Shown: positions 40,884 through 53,113 of the stretch, piece after piece
Layout of the letters: each line of letters starts with the position of its first letter
Numbering within the stretch: the first letter of the stretch is position 1
Assembly (NCBI GenBank): GCA_034530615.2
Contig: JAVRCV020000063.1
Span: 8,976-72,975 of the forward strand
DNA from: Aulosira sp. ZfuVER01
GTDB taxonomy: Bacteria; Cyanobacteriota; Cyanobacteriia; Cyanobacteriales; Nostocaceae
Direction: 5' to 3'
Length of the DNA: 64,000 nt
Position numbers and translations under genes: made by a program
Notes under the pieces: generated by a model
What the model was told of the DNA's origin: nothing
What the model saw: only the letters and a program-made list of their open reading frames with translations
Databases searched by the model: none

Positions 40884-43800
40884 TTAGTCAACTTTGAACT
40901 GGCTAACGCTGGTTTCCAGTTGTTGTGAAGTCATCCGTAGTTCCTCAAAAGACTCGGAAATGTGCATTGCACTTTGTGAAGTCTTGCGGGCGATCGCCGA
41001 AACATCCATCATCGCTTCTGTCAATATCTGAGATTGCTGACTTTGGTTGGAAACTGCTTGAGTAATTCCTTGTACCAGTCCACCAATTTCGTTGGTAGCT
41101 GCCACGATCGCACTCAGGGAATAACGAGTTTCATCGATCAATTTCGAGCCTTGGACAACTTGGGTAATCCCTACTTCCATTGCTGCGGTAACTTCGTTGG
41201 TTCCACTTTGAATTTCTTGCACGAGTCGCTCAATTTCTGTGGTAGCACTCGCTGACTGATAAGCCAGGGAACGAACTTCATCTGCAACCACCGCAAAGCC
41301 TTTGCCATATTCTCCAGCGCGAGTAGCCTCGATCGCAGCATTAAGTGCTAGCAAATTAGTTTGAGTGGCAAAGTTTTCAATCAAACTCACTACTTTCGAG
41401 ATTTTCTGAGAAGCTTCACCAAGGCGTTTAATCTTCTTGGCTGTTTCGGACACGGTTTCCCGAATCTCCAAAATGCCATCTACGGTTTTTTCCATCAGGG
41501 AATCGCCAGCTTGGACGGTGTTATTAGCTCTTTGCACCGCCTGTCCTACTCTTTGGGCATCAGTAGCAACTACCTGGGTGGAAGTTACCATCATTTGTAA
41601 TTGTTCCAGAGCGTTTTCGAGGCGTTCTGCTTGCTGTTGAGCTTGGTCAGATAGTTTTACTACTGAGGTGGTGTTGTTACTGGAAGTTTCACTCACCCTG
41701 CTGGCAGCAATCTGCACTTGTCGGACTAAATCTCGTAAACTTTGGATCGTAGTGTTGTAACCGTCGGCGATCGTGCCGATTTCATCTTCAGATAGGGGCG
41801 CGCGAACGGTGAGATCGCCCCTGAAGGATGGTTCCAAAGCCATGAGAACCCGTATAGCTCCTTGTTGCAGTTTTTCCCGGGCGGTGCGATCGCGCTCTGC
41901 TGCTTCTGCTAGTTGCTGCTCTTGAGTACGAACCTGTTTGAGGTATTCTGCAAGATTCAGGGCAATACCAATCTGGACGCTGGCTTGGTTGAGAACATCC
42001 TCCTCTGATTGCTCCCACTGGCGTGCTGCGCTATTTTGATAAACTCCCATCAGCCCCCATAGCCGATCTTCTTGAAAAATCGGCGCAATCATGTAGGCTT
42101 TAGTTCCCCACGTTTCTAACAATTGAATGTGGCATTCGTCATGACCGACACCATATATATTGTCAACCCGCAAACTTTCTTTGCGGGCATAACGCCCGCC
42201 TTTGTTGTACTGAAGAAAGGTATCTCTAACTCTGGCAAGGCTAGTTCCCACAAGCTTTGGCCAATCCCCACTCACAGACTCAACTACAAATTCTCCAGAC
42301 CAATCAGGCTCAAAACGGTAAACTCCAACTCGATCTACTTTGAGTAGCTGACGAAGTTCGTGGGTGGCAAACTGGACAAATTCCAGAACATCACCATGAC
42401 TTTGGGCCATCTCTGTTAACCGACTTGGCAAGCGATAGGAAAATCTGGCGTTTGCTACTTCCCGTTCTGCCAGTTTTGTCAGTTCCTCATTCTTGTTTAA
42501 GGTTTGCTGTAAGTATTGCGATTGCTGGACGGCAACCCCAAACTGCGTGCCGATTTTGGTTACCAAGTTGATTTCATTATCTTGCCATTGCCGCGGCCCG
42601 TCATTCTGATATGCTCCTAACAAACCCCAGAGCTTGTTTCCAGCAATAATCGGGGTGATGATATAAGCTCTAATCTGGAATTGCTCGAGAATTTTTATGT
42701 GGCACTGAGCATGACCAGAAGTGTAAATGTCATTGATCGTAAAGGTCTCGTTGTGGCGATAGCGCCCACCTTGGGTTTGTTGGAGGTGTTCGTCTTCCCA
42801 TACAGTCCTGATATCTGGGCCAACCAAAGCCACCCATTCACGACTTACAGATTCGGCAACAAACTCCCCACCCCAATCTGGATTGAAACGATACACTGCG
42901 AGGCGATCGCATTCCAAGTGCGATCGCAATTCTGGTAGAGCATTGCGGAAAATTGTATCTAGCTCTTGAGCTTGGCGAATTTTTTCTGACAGCCGTGTCA
43001 GCGCTCGTTCCCCTTCTGCGGTTCTGGCTAACTCTGCATTCTTCTTCTTGAGCTGTTCGATATACTTAATCTGCTGCAAGCCAATACCCATTTGCAAAGC
43101 TAGTTTTCGCAACAGCTGCACATCCTTAGATTTCCACTGCCGAGGGCCAATATTTTGGTATGCTCCTAAAAAGCCCCAGAGTTTGCTGCCAGTGAAGATA
43201 GGAGCGATCGCGTAAGCTTTGGCCTGAATTTTTTCTAATATCTCTAGGTAGCACTGAACGTGACCGACAGTGTAAATATCATCGACAACAAAGGTTTCAT
43301 GATTGCGATAGCGTCCGCCCTGAGTTTCTTGTAAGTGTTCGTCCATCCAAATCGTTTTGATGTCGGAACCAGCTAAAGATAACCATTTATCTTTTACGGA
43401 TTCGGCAACAAACTCCACACTCCAGTCGGGATGAAAGCGAAATACTGCTAGGCGATCGCATTGTAGTTGTTTGCGTAAACTTGGCAGCACATTCTGGAAA
43501 ATTGTATCTGTATCCTGTGCCTGACGGATTTTTTCCACCATCGCTGTCAGCACTTGTTCCTCTTCTGCTGTTTGCGCCAACTCAGCATTCTTCGTTTTCA
43601 GTTGTTCGATGTACTCGGCTTGCTGCACGGTTAACCCCAACTGAATCCCCAATTTGGTCAGCAATCGCACTTCTTCGGAATTCCACTGGCGGGGGCCGCT
43701 ATTTTGGTAAGCTCCTAATAAACCCCAAAGTTTGTTGCCGACAAAAATCGGAGCGATGGTGTAGGCTTTAACCTGGAACTGCTCCAGCAGGTCGATGTGG

Positions 43801-46130
43801 CACTGGGCATGACCAACAGTATAGATGTCATTGACGACATAAGTTTCATTGTTGCGATAGCGTCCGCCTTGGGTTTGCTGTAGGTGTTCGTCTTCCCATA
43901 CGGTTTTGATATCGGGGCCAACCAAAGGCACCCAGTCACTTCCCACAGATTCGGCAATAAATTCACCACCCCAATCTGGATTGAAGTGATATATTGCCAG
44001 GCGATCGCATTTGAACAACTGCCGCAATTCTGCCAAGGTAGTGCGGTAAATCGTTTCTGGCTGTTGGGAATGACGCATTCTCTCCGCCATACGCGCGATG
44101 GCGTTTTCTACTTCAGCTACTTGGGTCATTTGTATATTTTTTAACCGTAGCTGTTCGATATATTCAGCTTGTTGGAGGGCAATACTCAACGGTTCGCCAA
44201 TCTGCAACAAAGCGCCAGTCTCTTCTTCAGTCCATTTCCGCACATCAGAATTTTGATAGGCTGCTAACAAACCCCAAAGCTTACCAGTGCGGAAAATCGG
44301 AACAATAATGTACGCTTTAGCTTGGAATTTCTCTAATGACTCTAAATAGCAAGGTGAAAAACCAGCAGCATAAATATCGTTAACTTTGCGGAAGCGCGTT
44401 CCTTTGGCGTACATTCCACCCTGGGTTTCCTTGAGATATGTATCGGTATCAAGTTTCGCAGGGGAGCCATAATCCTTAACACTGCAACGCTCTGAAGATA
44501 TCATACCTGTTTTTAAAATGCCCTCTTGTTCCTGCATCTCCAACAGTGACGACCAACCAGCAGCCACAGATTCAGCAATAACTTCTCCACTCCAGTCCGG
44601 ATAAAATTGATAAACGACTACGCGATCGCATTTTAGGAATCGGCGCAGTTCTTGGGTTGCAGTGCGGAAAATGTTTTGAATATCCGTTGCTTGCCCAATC
44701 TTTTCAATAATGCCGAAAACCGTACGTTCTCGTTCAATAAGTTTGGCTGACTCCTCAGAGCGTTGATAAAGTTGTTGCTGATATTGCAACTGTTGAATAG
44801 CAATACTAGACAAAGATGCCACCTGCACCATCAGTCGCACTTCGCTATCTTTCCACTGACGAGGCTGAGAATTTTGATAAGCAGCGAGCAAGCCCCACAA
44901 TTGTTCTCCCTGGAAGATGGCAACAATAATATATGCTTTGGCTTGATAGCTTTCTAAAATTTTGATATAGCAGTCTGAAAAACCAGCACTGTAGATATCA
45001 TTAGTGACTCGATAAACCTGTCCGCGATGGAAAGTTTTGCCTTGGGTATGCTGAATGTAGCTATCTGCACTGTGCGATCGCCCTGTTGTCCCAGCTAATC
45101 CCCCTTCCTCTGCAAGGTGCCTCACACTGCAATAGTTAACGTTATTGACAATTGCTGGATTGTTTCGCTGTTCTTCTAACAGAGAAACCCACTCAGTTCC
45201 AACAGATTCAGCAACAAATTCTCCAGTCCAATCTGGTTTGAAACGATAAATTGCCACGCGATCGCATTTTAGTGACTGTCGCACTTCTTGGGTGGCAACG
45301 CGAAAGATGGTATCCACATCTTTGGACTGGAGAATTTTATTTGCTACACCAGTAAGAATTTGGTCTTTTTCCACTTCTTGTTGCAATGTAGCTTGAATCA
45401 TGGCAACTTGCAGTTGCGCTTCTAATTCCTGCGCGAGCAATTTTAGCGACCGAATTTCAGCATTCTGCCACTGGCGAGGTGCAGTACATTGCTGCACTAC
45501 CAACAAACCCCAAACCCCATCTTTTGTTAAGATTGGCAAGCTCACACAAGCTTTTACCTGAAACCGATCCAAGAGTTGCTTTTGGTAAGGAGACAAGCTT
45601 GCAGTGTAGGTATCCGCGATCGCTACTAATTTTTCTTGTTGATAAAGCTTGGCAGAACCTAACCCAAAGGTGATGGCGGGCAGTTTTTCCTTTAGCATTG
45701 GGGTAAAGCCATCTCTCATCGCCTCCGCAGCAACTATCCCCAGCGTCGGATTGGTAAACTCATACACCACTACGCGATCGGCTTGCAGGGCACTTTGTAA
45801 CTCCATAACAGCAGTAGCAAGCAAGGTATCTAGATCGGAAAATTGGCGGATTTTGCTGGCGATCGCCTGTACTTGCTCTACCTCTAATCCATCTCCTCTG
45901 TCTTGATATGGCAACACACTTACCAATTCTTTTAACTTGCGGATTCTGTCTCGCAATGGCCCTGTTTCCACCCAATCAGCTTGATCCAGTTCAGTTCGCA
46001 ATTCTTCTAGAGTGGAGGTGATTTGTTGTTGTGCAGGTAAACCAACGGTATGCCCGTTATCGGCATCTTTATAACCGTTGCTGAAATTTGAGTGTGGTTG
46101 GTTGGGTGTAAGATTGGGTTGCGTTACCAT
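40884..46130 (-). CDS. ptxD: Cytoplasmic multi-GAF cyanobacteriochrome methyl-accepting protein (PtxD/PixJ-like)
   Basis: Seven GAF domains, six with a bilin-binding Cys (CY/CH); HAMP; MA domain [31 protein letters not shown]; no TM helix. Confidence 0.85.
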   Translation of the reverse strand: MVTQPNLTPNQPHSNFSNGYKDADNGHTVGLPAQQQITSTLEELRTELDQADWVETGPLRDRIRKLKELVSVLPYQDRGDGLEVEQVQAIASKIRQFSDLDTLLATAVMELQSALQADRVVVYEFTNPTLGIVAAEAMRDGFTPMLKEKLPAITFGLGSAKLYQQEKLVAIADTYTASLSPYQKQLLDRFQVKACVSLPILTKDGVWGLLVVQQCTAPRQWQNAEIRSLKLLAQELEAQLQVAMIQATLQQEVEKDQILTGVANKILQSKDVDTIFRVATQEVRQSLKCDRVAIYRFKPDWTGEFVAESVGTEWVSLLEEQRNNPAIVNNVNYCSVRHLAEEGGLAGTTGRSHSADSYIQHTQGKTFHRGQVYRVTNDIYSAGFSDCYIKILESYQAKAYIIVAIFQGEQLWGLLAAYQNSQPRQWKDSEVRLMVQVASLSSIAIQQLQYQQQLYQRSEESAKLIERERTVFGIIEKIGQATDIQNIFRTATQELRRFLKCDRVVVYQFYPDWSGEVIAESVAAGWSSLLEMQEQEGILKTGMISSERCSVKDYGSPAKLDTDTYLKETQGGMYAKGTRFRKVNDIYAAGFSPCYLESLEKFQAKAYIIVPIFRTGKLWGLLAAYQNSDVRKWTEEETGALLQIGEPLSIALQQAEYIEQLRLKNIQMTQVAEVENAIARMAERMRHSQQPETIYRTTLAELRQLFKCDRLAIYHFNPDWGGEFIAESVGSDWVPLVGPDIKTVWEDEHLQQTQGGRYRNNETYVVNDIYTVGHAQCHIDLLEQFQVKAYTIAPIFVGNKLWGLLGAYQNSGPRQWNSEEVRLLTKLGIQLGLTVQQAEYIEQLKTKNAELAQTAEEEQVLTAMVEKIRQAQDTDTIFQNVLPSLRKQLQCDRLAVFRFHPDWSVEFVAESVKDKWLSLAGSDIKTIWMDEHLQETQGGRYRNHETFVVDDIYTVGHVQCYLEILEKIQAKAYAIAPIFTGSKLWGFLGAYQNIGPRQWKSKDVQLLRKLALQMGIGLQQIKYIEQLKKKNAELARTAEGERALTRLSEKIRQAQELDTIFRNALPELRSHLECDRLAVYRFNPDWGGEFVAESVSREWVALVGPDIRTVWEDEHLQQTQGGRYRHNETFTINDIYTSGHAQCHIKILEQFQIRAYIITPIIAGNKLWGLLGAYQNDGPRQWQDNEINLVTKIGTQFGVAVQQSQYLQQTLNKNEELTKLAEREVANARFSYRLPSRLTEMAQSHGDVLEFVQFATHELRQLLKVDRVGVYRFEPDWSGEFVVESVSGDWPKLVGTSLARVRDTFLQYNKGGRYARKESLRVDNIYGVGHDECHIQLLETWGTKAYMIAPIFQEDRLWGLMGVYQNSAARQWEQSEEDVLNQASVQIGIALNLAEYLKQVRTQEQQLAEAAERDRTAREKLQQGAIRVLMALEPSFRGDLTVRAPLSEDEIGTIADGYNTTIQSLRDLVRQVQIAASRVSETSSNNTTSVVKLSDQAQQQAERLENALEQLQMMVTSTQVVATDAQRVGQAVQRANNTVQAGDSLMEKTVDGILEIRETVSETAKKIKRLGEASQKISKVVSLIENFATQTNLLALNAAIEATRAGEYGKGFAVVADEVRSLAYQSASATTEIERLVQEIQSGTNEVTAAMEVGITQVVQGSKLIDETRYSLSAIVAATNEIGGLVQGITQAVSNQSQQSQILTEAMMDVSAIARKTSQSAMHISESFEELRMTSQQLETSVSQFKVD

Positions 46131-46181
46131 AATCTTTCTTGCTATTAAGGTTGTCGGAGTTAATAAGTAGAATGCAGAGTG

Positions 46182-46715
46182 TTAAATAGACTGAAGGGTT
46201 TGAATCACAGCATCGGTGTCAACTAACATCAAAGGGCTACCTTGAGCATCCATAAAGTAACCCTGCAAAAACGATTTGAGTCGGGCGGGTAACATTGATG
46301 CCGAAATCGCTAACCGTTCTTGGGAATCGTAAACTTCAATGGTATTGACTTGCTCCACCAATAGCCCGACAGTTTGATTCTGGACTTGAACAAGCATCGC
46401 CATGCCAGAGTTGCGTACATTTTCTCGCCGACACCAGTGTGTTGCTCCCAGTAAACCTGCTAAATCAAGAATCCAGATAGCTTCTCCCCGCCAATTCATG
46501 ATGCCTAACAAGAATTCTGCTACCTGTGGCACTGGTAAAATCTCTGTGAGTGCAACTTGAATTACTCCCCGCAACTCAGCTAGTGGGAGTAACCCATTTA
46601 CCTTTCCATTTAACGGAAATCTTAAAAACCTCTGGTTGTTTCCTTGGGGAGAGTTATCAAGTGGAAATTGGCTAGTTATGGGTAGCGCTCTAAAGCTATC
46701 ATTGCTCTGTACCAT
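46182..46715 (-). CDS. cheW: CheW protein
   Basis: ILPVPQV...LGIMNWRG...VGLLVEQV. Confidence 0.9.
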   Translation of the reverse strand: MVQSNDSFRALPITSQFPLDNSPQGNNQRFLRFPLNGKVNGLLPLAELRGVIQVALTEILPVPQVAEFLLGIMNWRGEAIWILDLAGLLGATHWCRRENVRNSGMAMLVQVQNQTVGLLVEQVNTIEVYDSQERLAISASMLPARLKSFLQGYFMDAQGSPLMLVDTDAVIQTLQSI

Positions 46716-46729
46716 TGCCCCAGCTTCCT

Positions 46730-47092
46730 TTAGCGAATAAATTTACTAACAGTCTGGAGCAAGGTATTTTCATCTACAGGTTTGACTAAATAGGCATCAG
46801 CACCACTCATATTGCCCCAAGTTCTATCAACATCTGTGTTTTTAGTTGAGCAAATCACTACCGGGATTGCTTTTGTTATCGGATCGGCTTTTAACTTGCG
46901 GCAGAACTCAAATCCACTTTGTCCTGGCAAAATCAAATCCAGTAATATCAAGTCAGGTTTTTGTTGTTTCAACCGCAGTTGAGCCTCTTCACCACTGCGA
47001 ACTTCATAAACTGAATATCCTCCTTGCTCTAGGAAACGTGTCATCTTTTCGGATTCTGTGAGACTATCTTCAACTAAAAGAACTTTTTTCAT
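46730..47092 (-). CDS. cheY: Single-domain response regulator (CheY/PilH-like)
   Basis: LLVEDS, LLDLILP and GADAYLVKP. Confidence 0.9.
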   Translation of the reverse strand: MKKVLLVEDSLTESEKMTRFLEQGGYSVYEVRSGEEAQLRLKQQKPDLILLDLILPGQSGFEFCRKLKADPITKAIPVVICSTKNTDVDRTWGNMSGADAYLVKPVDENTLLQTVSKFIR

Positions 47093-47292
47093 TTTTATTC
47101 CTAACTATTTAATTCAGAGTTTCAAAATAAGGCAGAGGAGGCAGTGCGGTGGACAGGTTCCTCGGCATAAAGCAACTGCCGTGGCAGAAGGAAGGTTTAA
47201 GAATTTTCATGCTTGGTTGTGCCAAAATTGGGCATGAATAGCTGTCTTGAAAATGGGTGTAAAGGAGCCTGTTGTATGACTGTCGCTTCAAC

Positions 47293-48801
47293 CTAAACGG
47301 TTAAATACTTGTGAAGCATATTGAGTACCTTTTCTGCCTCTACGGGTTTACCCAAAAAGTCAGTTGCTCCTACTAATTTTGTTCGCATCCGATCTACTAT
47401 TCCATCTTTCCCAGTTAGGATGACAACTGGCACATCTTTGAGACTTGGAGTTTTACGGATTTGAGCACAAATTTCATAGCCATTCACTTTTGGCATCAAA
47501 AGATCTAAAAAAATGAAGTCGGGCTTGCTTTTAATTAGCTTTAAAACTGCCGTCAAGGAATCTTGAATGCCAACAAAGCGATAATTTTGATGAGTGAGAA
47601 TTTCCTCCAAACTGCGACAGATTGTCGGGCTATCATCTACACAGGCTACTAAAGGCCTTGAGACATCAATAATTGTTTTGCTAGCCGCTGGGGGGGCAGT
47701 TTGTATAACAGTTTTCTCTTCTGTCTTCGGTGAAGAATTGGGATGATTAACTGCACTCGACGGACTGACAATTTGTTTGCTAGCCGCTGGGGGAGCAGTT
47801 TGTATAACAGTTTTCTCTTCTGTCTTCAGTAAAGAATTGGGATGATTAACTGCACTCGACGGACTGACAATTTGTTTGCTAGCCGCTGGGGGAGCAGTTT
47901 GTATAACAGTTTTCTCTTCTGTCTTCAGTAAAGAATTGGGATGATTAACTGCACTCGACGGACTGACAATTTGTTTGCTAGCCGCTGGAGGAGCAGTTTG
48001 TATAACAGTTTTCTCTTCTGTCTTCAGTGAAGAATTGGGATGATTAACTGCACTCGACGGGTTGCTAATTTCTTGACTAATTCCAACCTTTCTGGGGCTT
48101 GGGGTGGGTGAAAAAGCGATCGCTCCTGTTTTTACCAATGGCATCAATACCCGAGTCAAAGCTAAGGCATCCCGGCCGATTTTTTGCCCTAGACTTCGTA
48201 AAGTTTTTGTGCCATCAACTAGAGAAATAATCACTTTAGAGGATGCTTGTCCTTGGAGTAACTCAAGTTGTTGAATGACAGGATATAAATTGGGCGAGTA
48301 ACTTGCCAGTCCTGCATCTCGCCATTCTTGCCAAGCTTGTGTAGCCTGTTTCCAGACTTCCTCAGTTGGTATTACAGCTAGGAGAAACCCAGGAACTTCA
48401 CCAACAACGGTAGTATATGACAACTGCCCTGCTGGATTGTTGTTATTTCTTTTGGCTTCAACGAACTGGATTATATCAAACAGAACTTCAGCTATTAAGC
48501 TTGTAATCAGGCTAACAAGTTGTTGTTGTTCGATTAATTTTTGTTCTCGCAATTTAGCAAGAATGCAATACTCGCGATAATTTTCCTGGGGAGAGACAAG
48601 CCCCTCCAACTTTGTCACATCCAGATTAGGAAAGTATTGCGACAAGTATCGTCGCCATCGCTCATCGGCATTAGAACCGCCAGCCTGCCAAATTAATCGT
48701 CCTAAACGAAAATATAGCGTCCAAGTCGGCCCGTCCTTAGCTCCAAGATTCAGCCTGCCTGTGAATAATTTAGTTTGAAGTTGCTCGATCAATTGTTTCA
48801 C
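47293..48801 (-). CDS. PatA-type response regulator (PATAN plus receiver), PtxA/PixG-like
   Basis: WTLYFRLGRLIW PATAN motif; C-terminal CVDDS...FLDLLMP receiver; GTG start at 48801 preceded by AAGGAGG. Confidence 0.88.
   Translation of the reverse strand: MKQLIEQLQTKLFTGRLNLGAKDGPTWTLYFRLGRLIWQAGGSNADERWRRYLSQYFPNLDVTKLEGLVSPQENYREYCILAKLREQKLIEQQQLVSLITSLIAEVLFDIIQFVEAKRNNNNPAGQLSYTTVVGEVPGFLLAVIPTEEVWKQATQAWQEWRDAGLASYSPNLYPVIQQLELLQGQASSKVIISLVDGTKTLRSLGQKIGRDALALTRVLMPLVKTGAIAFSPTPSPRKVGISQEISNPSSAVNHPNSSLKTEEKTVIQTAPPAASKQIVSPSSAVNHPNSLLKTEEKTVIQTAPPAASKQIVSPSSAVNHPNSLLKTEEKTVIQTAPPAASKQIVSPSSAVNHPNSSPKTEEKTVIQTAPPAASKTIIDVSRPLVACVDDSPTICRSLEEILTHQNYRFVGIQDSLTAVLKLIKSKPDFIFLDLLMPKVNGYEICAQIRKTPSLKDVPVVILTGKDGIVDRMRTKLVGATDFLGKPVEAEKVLNMLHKYLTV
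47677..48062. repeat. 99-bp coding tandem repeat, about 4 copies
   Basis: Units start at 47677, 47776, 47875 and 47974 and encode PSSAVNHPNSxxKTEEKTVIQTAPPAASKQIVS. Confidence 0.95.
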
Positions 48802-49224
48802 AATGGATCGCACCTCCTTATATATCTTGAGTTTTGCATTTACATTAGAATTCCTCAAACAATCAAGCTTATTAACCTCATCGTGCGATCGCCAATAGCA
48901 CAGGTCTAAACCTCGATTCAGCTACCCTAGCTTGTTATATCCCTTTCCAATCCGAACATTTTTAAAGTTTAAAGCCGGAAGCTCGAACAAAGATTTAAGC
49001 TCTTTTTTAATTAGAAATCGGTTATCTATATTACTTCTGCAACGTTACATATACTGAGACAATTGCCGATTAATACAAACCTTAAAAAGATGGAAATGTT
49101 GAATACTACAAAGCATAGACCAGCTTTAATGCTTATCGATTGCGTAATGTGCCTGCTGAAGACACAAGACACAAGCGATCGCCTAACAGCTAGTCTGCAA
49201 TTACAAAAAATGAGATTGAGTTTG

Positions 49225-49944
49225 TCAAGAAATTGCTTGTTGCCGAATAAAGTATTGGCGATCGCGTTGTTCTAGTAACCCTTGCTTGATCAAAGAGCGC
49301 AGGATATCTATCGTTTGCACCCGGCTTAAGCCTATTACTTCTTCAATTTCTATTAGAGTAGCTCCTTCAGCTTGCTGAATATATTGCTGCACTTTGGATC
49401 TAAGAGTATCTGCATTTGACGCAGGCACTTTCCTAGTCATGGTAGTGACGGCAGGACGAAAACCAGTGGCTTTAATTGAAGAACGGGAAACTGACCATTT
49501 TGGAACTGTTGCAACTAATTTCTCTTGTTTAGCAGGAGTCGGGGAAACTGGTTGTTCATGACTGCGTAGGCGCAGCCCGTCGGAGACATCGCCCCAAACA
49601 CTTTTATGTAAAATTGCTCGGAAATTTTGCAAATCTTGGAATAATACCTGAGCCTTTGCTGCCCGCTGTTGGCGGTATTCTTGCTGGCGTTGGCAGACAT
49701 CTGTTTTTATTTGCAATATTTCTAATTGCCGTTCTACAATCTCTTGCTGAAATTGCTGCTGTTGTAACTTCCTGTTGTTGTGAAGGCTACTAACAGAACT
49801 GTTCAATTCTTGATGAAGTAAATCTGCTTGCAGCTGCAATTCTTGTTGAGTTAGCTGTTTCCATTGGTTAACTTGTTGACGGCGTTCAGCAGTTATTTGC
49901 AATCGCTGCGATCGCTCTTGTTCCCATAAATTCTTGAGAGCCAT
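49225..49944 (-). CDS. GvpC-like Gln-rich helical protein with C-terminal winged helix
   Basis: Directly after gvpA; MALKNLWEQER...QRAAKAQVLFQDLQNF helical region; HTH-like tail. Confidence 0.6.
   Translation of the reverse strand: MALKNLWEQERSQRLQITAERRQQVNQWKQLTQQELQLQADLLHQELNSSVSSLHNNRKLQQQQFQQEIVERQLEILQIKTDVCQRQQEYRQQRAAKAQVLFQDLQNFRAILHKSVWGDVSDGLRLRSHEQPVSPTPAKQEKLVATVPKWSVSRSSIKATGFRPAVTTMTRKVPASNADTLRSKVQQYIQQAEGATLIEIEEVIGLSRVQTIDILRSLIKQGLLEQRDRQYFIRQQAIS
49567..49587. repeat. 21-nt small dispersed repeat (SDR5-like) inserted in a HIP1 site
   Basis: GCG[TAGGCGCAGCCCGTCGGAGAC]ATCGC. Confidence 0.85.
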
Positions 49945-50019
49945 CAGATGAAATCTCCTATTTTCTTAACTAGAAACATTAAATGGGAGCCATGAAGACT
50001 CCCTTTTTCTAATGTGGTG

Positions 50020-50241
50020 TTAAGCAGCAGACGGAACAGCAGCTTGAGATGTTAAACCAACTGCCTCTGCATATCTTAAGTAAGTTTCAACTGAAGCAAT
50101 GACAATGCGAGCTTCGACTGCTAGCAATTCAATACCAACTAAAGAAACACGCACCCAAGCATCAACTACAATTCCTTTGTCTAGAATGCGGTCAATAACT
50201 TCAGCCAGGCTTGAAGATGAGTTAACTTTTTCAACAGCCAT
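50020..50241 (-). CDS. gvpA: Major gas vesicle structural protein GvpA
   Basis: [40 protein letters not shown]. Confidence 0.98.
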   Translation of the reverse strand: MAVEKVNSSSSLAEVIDRILDKGIVVDAWVRVSLVGIELLAVEARIVIASVETYLRYAEAVGLTSQAAVPSAA

Positions 50242-50418
50242 TTTATTTTCCTCACATAACTTTAATTATTGGTTTAATCTTGCTCTGCGCGAGCAGTAGG
50301 TAAAACTTACACAATGTGTTTTATTCTTCCTGAATTTAGTTTTCCCAAAAATATAAGCTAAATAGCAAATAATAAAAAAATACTTAAAAGTTCACAACAT
50401 TTTTTTGTCTAAAAAAAT

Positions 50419-50454
50419 TCAAGAAAAAATCATCTTATCTTGATTTTTTCTTGA
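50419..50454. promoter_or_regulatory. Perfect 14-bp inverted repeat between gvpW and gvpA (operator or terminator)
   Basis: TCAAGAAAAAATCA-N8-TGATTTTTTCTTGA. Confidence 0.5.
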
Positions 50455-50482
50455 CAAGTTTTAAATATTATTTTTTATGAAT

Positions 50483-51172
50483 TTATATAATAGTATTTTC
50501 GAGAAAATGATAGGGTGGCAGAGGTTCGCTTATTGCCAATTGCCAATGCGAGCATTGTACTTGCCAAAGGGAAAACTGCTGCTTACTGACCGTTGAATCG
50601 TTGCGTTGTGCTAAAAAGTGGATTTGTCGCACATCTGGCTGTCGAGTTTCACAGATAACATTTGTATATGTTTTAAGAATTAACTGGTTCAAGAGTTCCC
50701 ACTGTTCGCATTGTTGTGCTTGAAATGCTTGCTGTGTTTGGTAGCGTTGTTTTTTAGCTAATAAATAGGCTTTTCCCCTAGCATCAATAGTGTCAGAGTC
50801 GTCAAGCAAATTACAGGGTGTAGCTTTTAAGGTGTACTCAACTTTGTCTGTTAGGTGAGTTAGGGTTTCTAGATACTGCTGTTGGTGTTTTTCTAAATGA
50901 TTCAGCAGTGTTTCTACAGAGTTAAAACCGCTCCCAAAGCGTAGGGGAAGAAGAGGAGTTTGTTGAAAAAGTTCTCGAAGCACGCGATCGTGGGTTAACA
51001 CAGATTGAAGTAAACGCTCATCTGTTGTTTGTATTGCCTCCAGTAAGATTTCTGGCTCTACGATCGCCGCTAAACCAGAAGAGTAAACGAGTTCGGTATT
51101 TCTTTCCATCCCTAAAGGTAAAACAGGCGGTGATGCGATCGGTAGTAAAAGCGCATAGGCGTATATTGACAT
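50483..51172 (-). CDS. gvpW: GvpL/GvpF-family protein, GvpW-like
   Basis: HDRVLRELF, LLPLRFG, GKAYLLAKK and EPLPPYHF. Confidence 0.75.
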   Translation of the reverse strand: MSIYAYALLLPIASPPVLPLGMERNTELVYSSGLAAIVEPEILLEAIQTTDERLLQSVLTHDRVLRELFQQTPLLPLRFGSGFNSVETLLNHLEKHQQQYLETLTHLTDKVEYTLKATPCNLLDDSDTIDARGKAYLLAKKQRYQTQQAFQAQQCEQWELLNQLILKTYTNVICETRQPDVRQIHFLAQRNDSTVSKQQFSLWQVQCSHWQLAISEPLPPYHFLENTII

Positions 51173-51198
51173 AAATTTTCGATGGGTTGGGGGTGTTC

Positions 51199-51231
51199 AG
51201 ATTTCCGACTTCTTAAAGAAGTCGGGAATCT
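51199..51231. terminator. Stem-loop at the end of the AAA ATPase gene
   Basis: AGATTTCCGACTTCT-TAA-AGAAGTCGGGAATCT. Confidence 0.45.
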
Positions 51232-53071
51232 ATAAGCCTTCAGATTGGTGCTGATTGGCAAGCATCTGATATGTAACTTGGAAATCATCATTTGTAATCT
51301 GAATCAAGCTGGAGTCGCTTAATCCCTGGGCGCGGTATCGACGAATTGCGCTTAAAGCCGCTTGATTGCTCAACAAAGCTAAGTCTGCACCATTCCAACC
51401 TTCGGTAACTGTCGCCCAAGTTTCTAAATCGACATCAACGAGGGGACGATCTAGATTGTGAACTCGTAAAATTGCTAATCGGCTGGCTGGATCTGGTAGA
51501 TCGATTTTGATTTGTAAGTCTAATCTTCCGGCTCTGAGCAAGGCAGGATCGAGGGTTTCTGGACGATTGGTTGCTCCTACTAACAGTACTTTCGGGCATT
51601 CATGTAACCCATCCAATTCGGTGAGCAGTTGACCAACAACGCGATCGCTAACTCCAGAATCACCACTGAATCTTCCCCGTGCTGGTGCTAGGGTATCAAT
51701 TTCATCTACAAACACAACGCAAGGTGCTGCTTGTCGAGCTTTGCCAAAGAGTTCTCTGACTGCTTGTTCTGCGGCTCCTACCCATCGGCTGAGTAATTCC
51801 GGGCCATTCACAGCAATAAAGTTGGCTCTCGCCTGAGAAGCGATCGCTTTTGCTAGTAATGTTTTTCCCGTTCCCGGCGGCCCCCACAACAGAATCCCAC
51901 GGGGCGGCTGGGCTTTGGTTTGCTCGTATAGTTCGGGATAGAGGAGTGCGCCCTCTACAGATTCTTGAAGTTTTTGCTTAACATCATCCAATCCACCAAT
52001 GTCATCCCAACTTACATTTGGTGCTTCAACTGCTACAGATCTCAGAACCGAGGGTTTTATCTCCTTAATTGCTTCGAGAAAATCCTGCTGAATGATAGTC
52101 ATGTTCTCAGGAATCGGACTGTTGAGCGAGGGGACTTGACGACGCAGGGCAATGTAGGCGGCTTTTTGACAAAGTGCTTTGATATCGGCACCGACAAAAC
52201 CGACGGCTAAATCCGCGATCGCTCCTAAATCAACCGCAGTCTCCAAGGGCATGGCACTTGTCAAAATTTTGAGAATTTCCAATCTTCCATTGCGATCGGG
52301 AACGCGAAAATGAACTTCGCGATCGAAGCGTCCCGGACGACGCAGTGCCGGATCGAGATAATCGGGACGATTTGTTGCTGCTAGTACGAGTACGCCCTCA
52401 GTTTTAGCAAACCCATCCATTAACCCCAGCAACTGCGCCACTAGTCTTTTTTCAACTTCACCTTCTACTTGGCTGCGATCTGGGGCGAGACTGTCAATTT
52501 CATCAATAAATATCAGACAGGGAGCAGAACGAGTTGCTTTCTCAAAAATGCTTCGCAAACGGGCTTCTGCTTCCCCGTAATACTTGCTCATCACCTCAGG
52601 GCCATTGATGGCAATGTAGTTTAACTCTAACTCTTCTGCCAAAACACGGGCTGTTAAAGTTTTTCCTGTACCGGGAGGGCCAACTAGTAAAACCCCACGC
52701 GGAGGTTCTAAGCCTAATTTCGCCAATAAATCAGGACGTTTTAGAGGAATTTCGACTAACTCTCTGATTTCCTTGAGAACATCACCCAAGCCGCCGACAT
52801 CTTGCCAAGGAGCTTTTGAGTTCGTCCGAGGTGATGGGGGAGTGACTTCAACATCATCCATTGGTGTCGCTGTATCGGTGCTGCCAACGGTGGAATTAGA
52901 TCGGACTCGGCTGGAATTACTTCTTCTCGGAATATTGCCTTGCCGGGGAATACTACTGAGATTATGAGAGCGAATTTCAATAGAAGTTTTTAACTCACCT
53001 TTCTCTGCTTTTTCTTCTAATGCTTTGGCTATTTCTAATAGCTGTTCAAATCCTTTAAATATGTCGTCCAT
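51230..53071 (-). CDS. Cdc48/VAT-like double AAA+ ATPase lacking the canonical N-domain
   Basis: Two GPPGTGKT Walker A motifs, IDEID/VDEID Walker B, ATNRP...[13 protein letters not shown]. Confidence 0.9.
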   Translation of the reverse strand: MDDIFKGFEQLLEIAKALEEKAEKGELKTSIEIRSHNLSSIPRQGNIPRRSNSSRVRSNSTVGSTDTATPMDDVEVTPPSPRTNSKAPWQDVGGLGDVLKEIRELVEIPLKRPDLLAKLGLEPPRGVLLVGPPGTGKTLTARVLAEELELNYIAINGPEVMSKYYGEAEARLRSIFEKATRSAPCLIFIDEIDSLAPDRSQVEGEVEKRLVAQLLGLMDGFAKTEGVLVLAATNRPDYLDPALRRPGRFDREVHFRVPDRNGRLEILKILTSAMPLETAVDLGAIADLAVGFVGADIKALCQKAAYIALRRQVPSLNSPIPENMTIIQQDFLEAIKEIKPSVLRSVAVEAPNVSWDDIGGLDDVKQKLQESVEGALLYPELYEQTKAQPPRGILLWGPPGTGKTLLAKAIASQARANFIAVNGPELLSRWVGAAEQAVRELFGKARQAAPCVVFVDEIDTLAPARGRFSGDSGVSDRVVGQLLTELDGLHECPKVLLVGATNRPETLDPALLRAGRLDLQIKIDLPDPASRLAILRVHNLDRPLVDVDLETWATVTEGWNGADLALLSNQAALSAIRRYRAQGLSDSSLIQITNDDFQVTYQMLANQHQSEGL

Positions 53072-53113
53072 TGATTTTACTTAAATAAAAGGTAGAGAAA
53101 AATCTAATTTCAA

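Noticed and set aside
47677..48062. CRISPR array
   Set aside because: Contiguous in-frame coding repeats without unique spacers and no cas genes; the same applies to 63485-64000.
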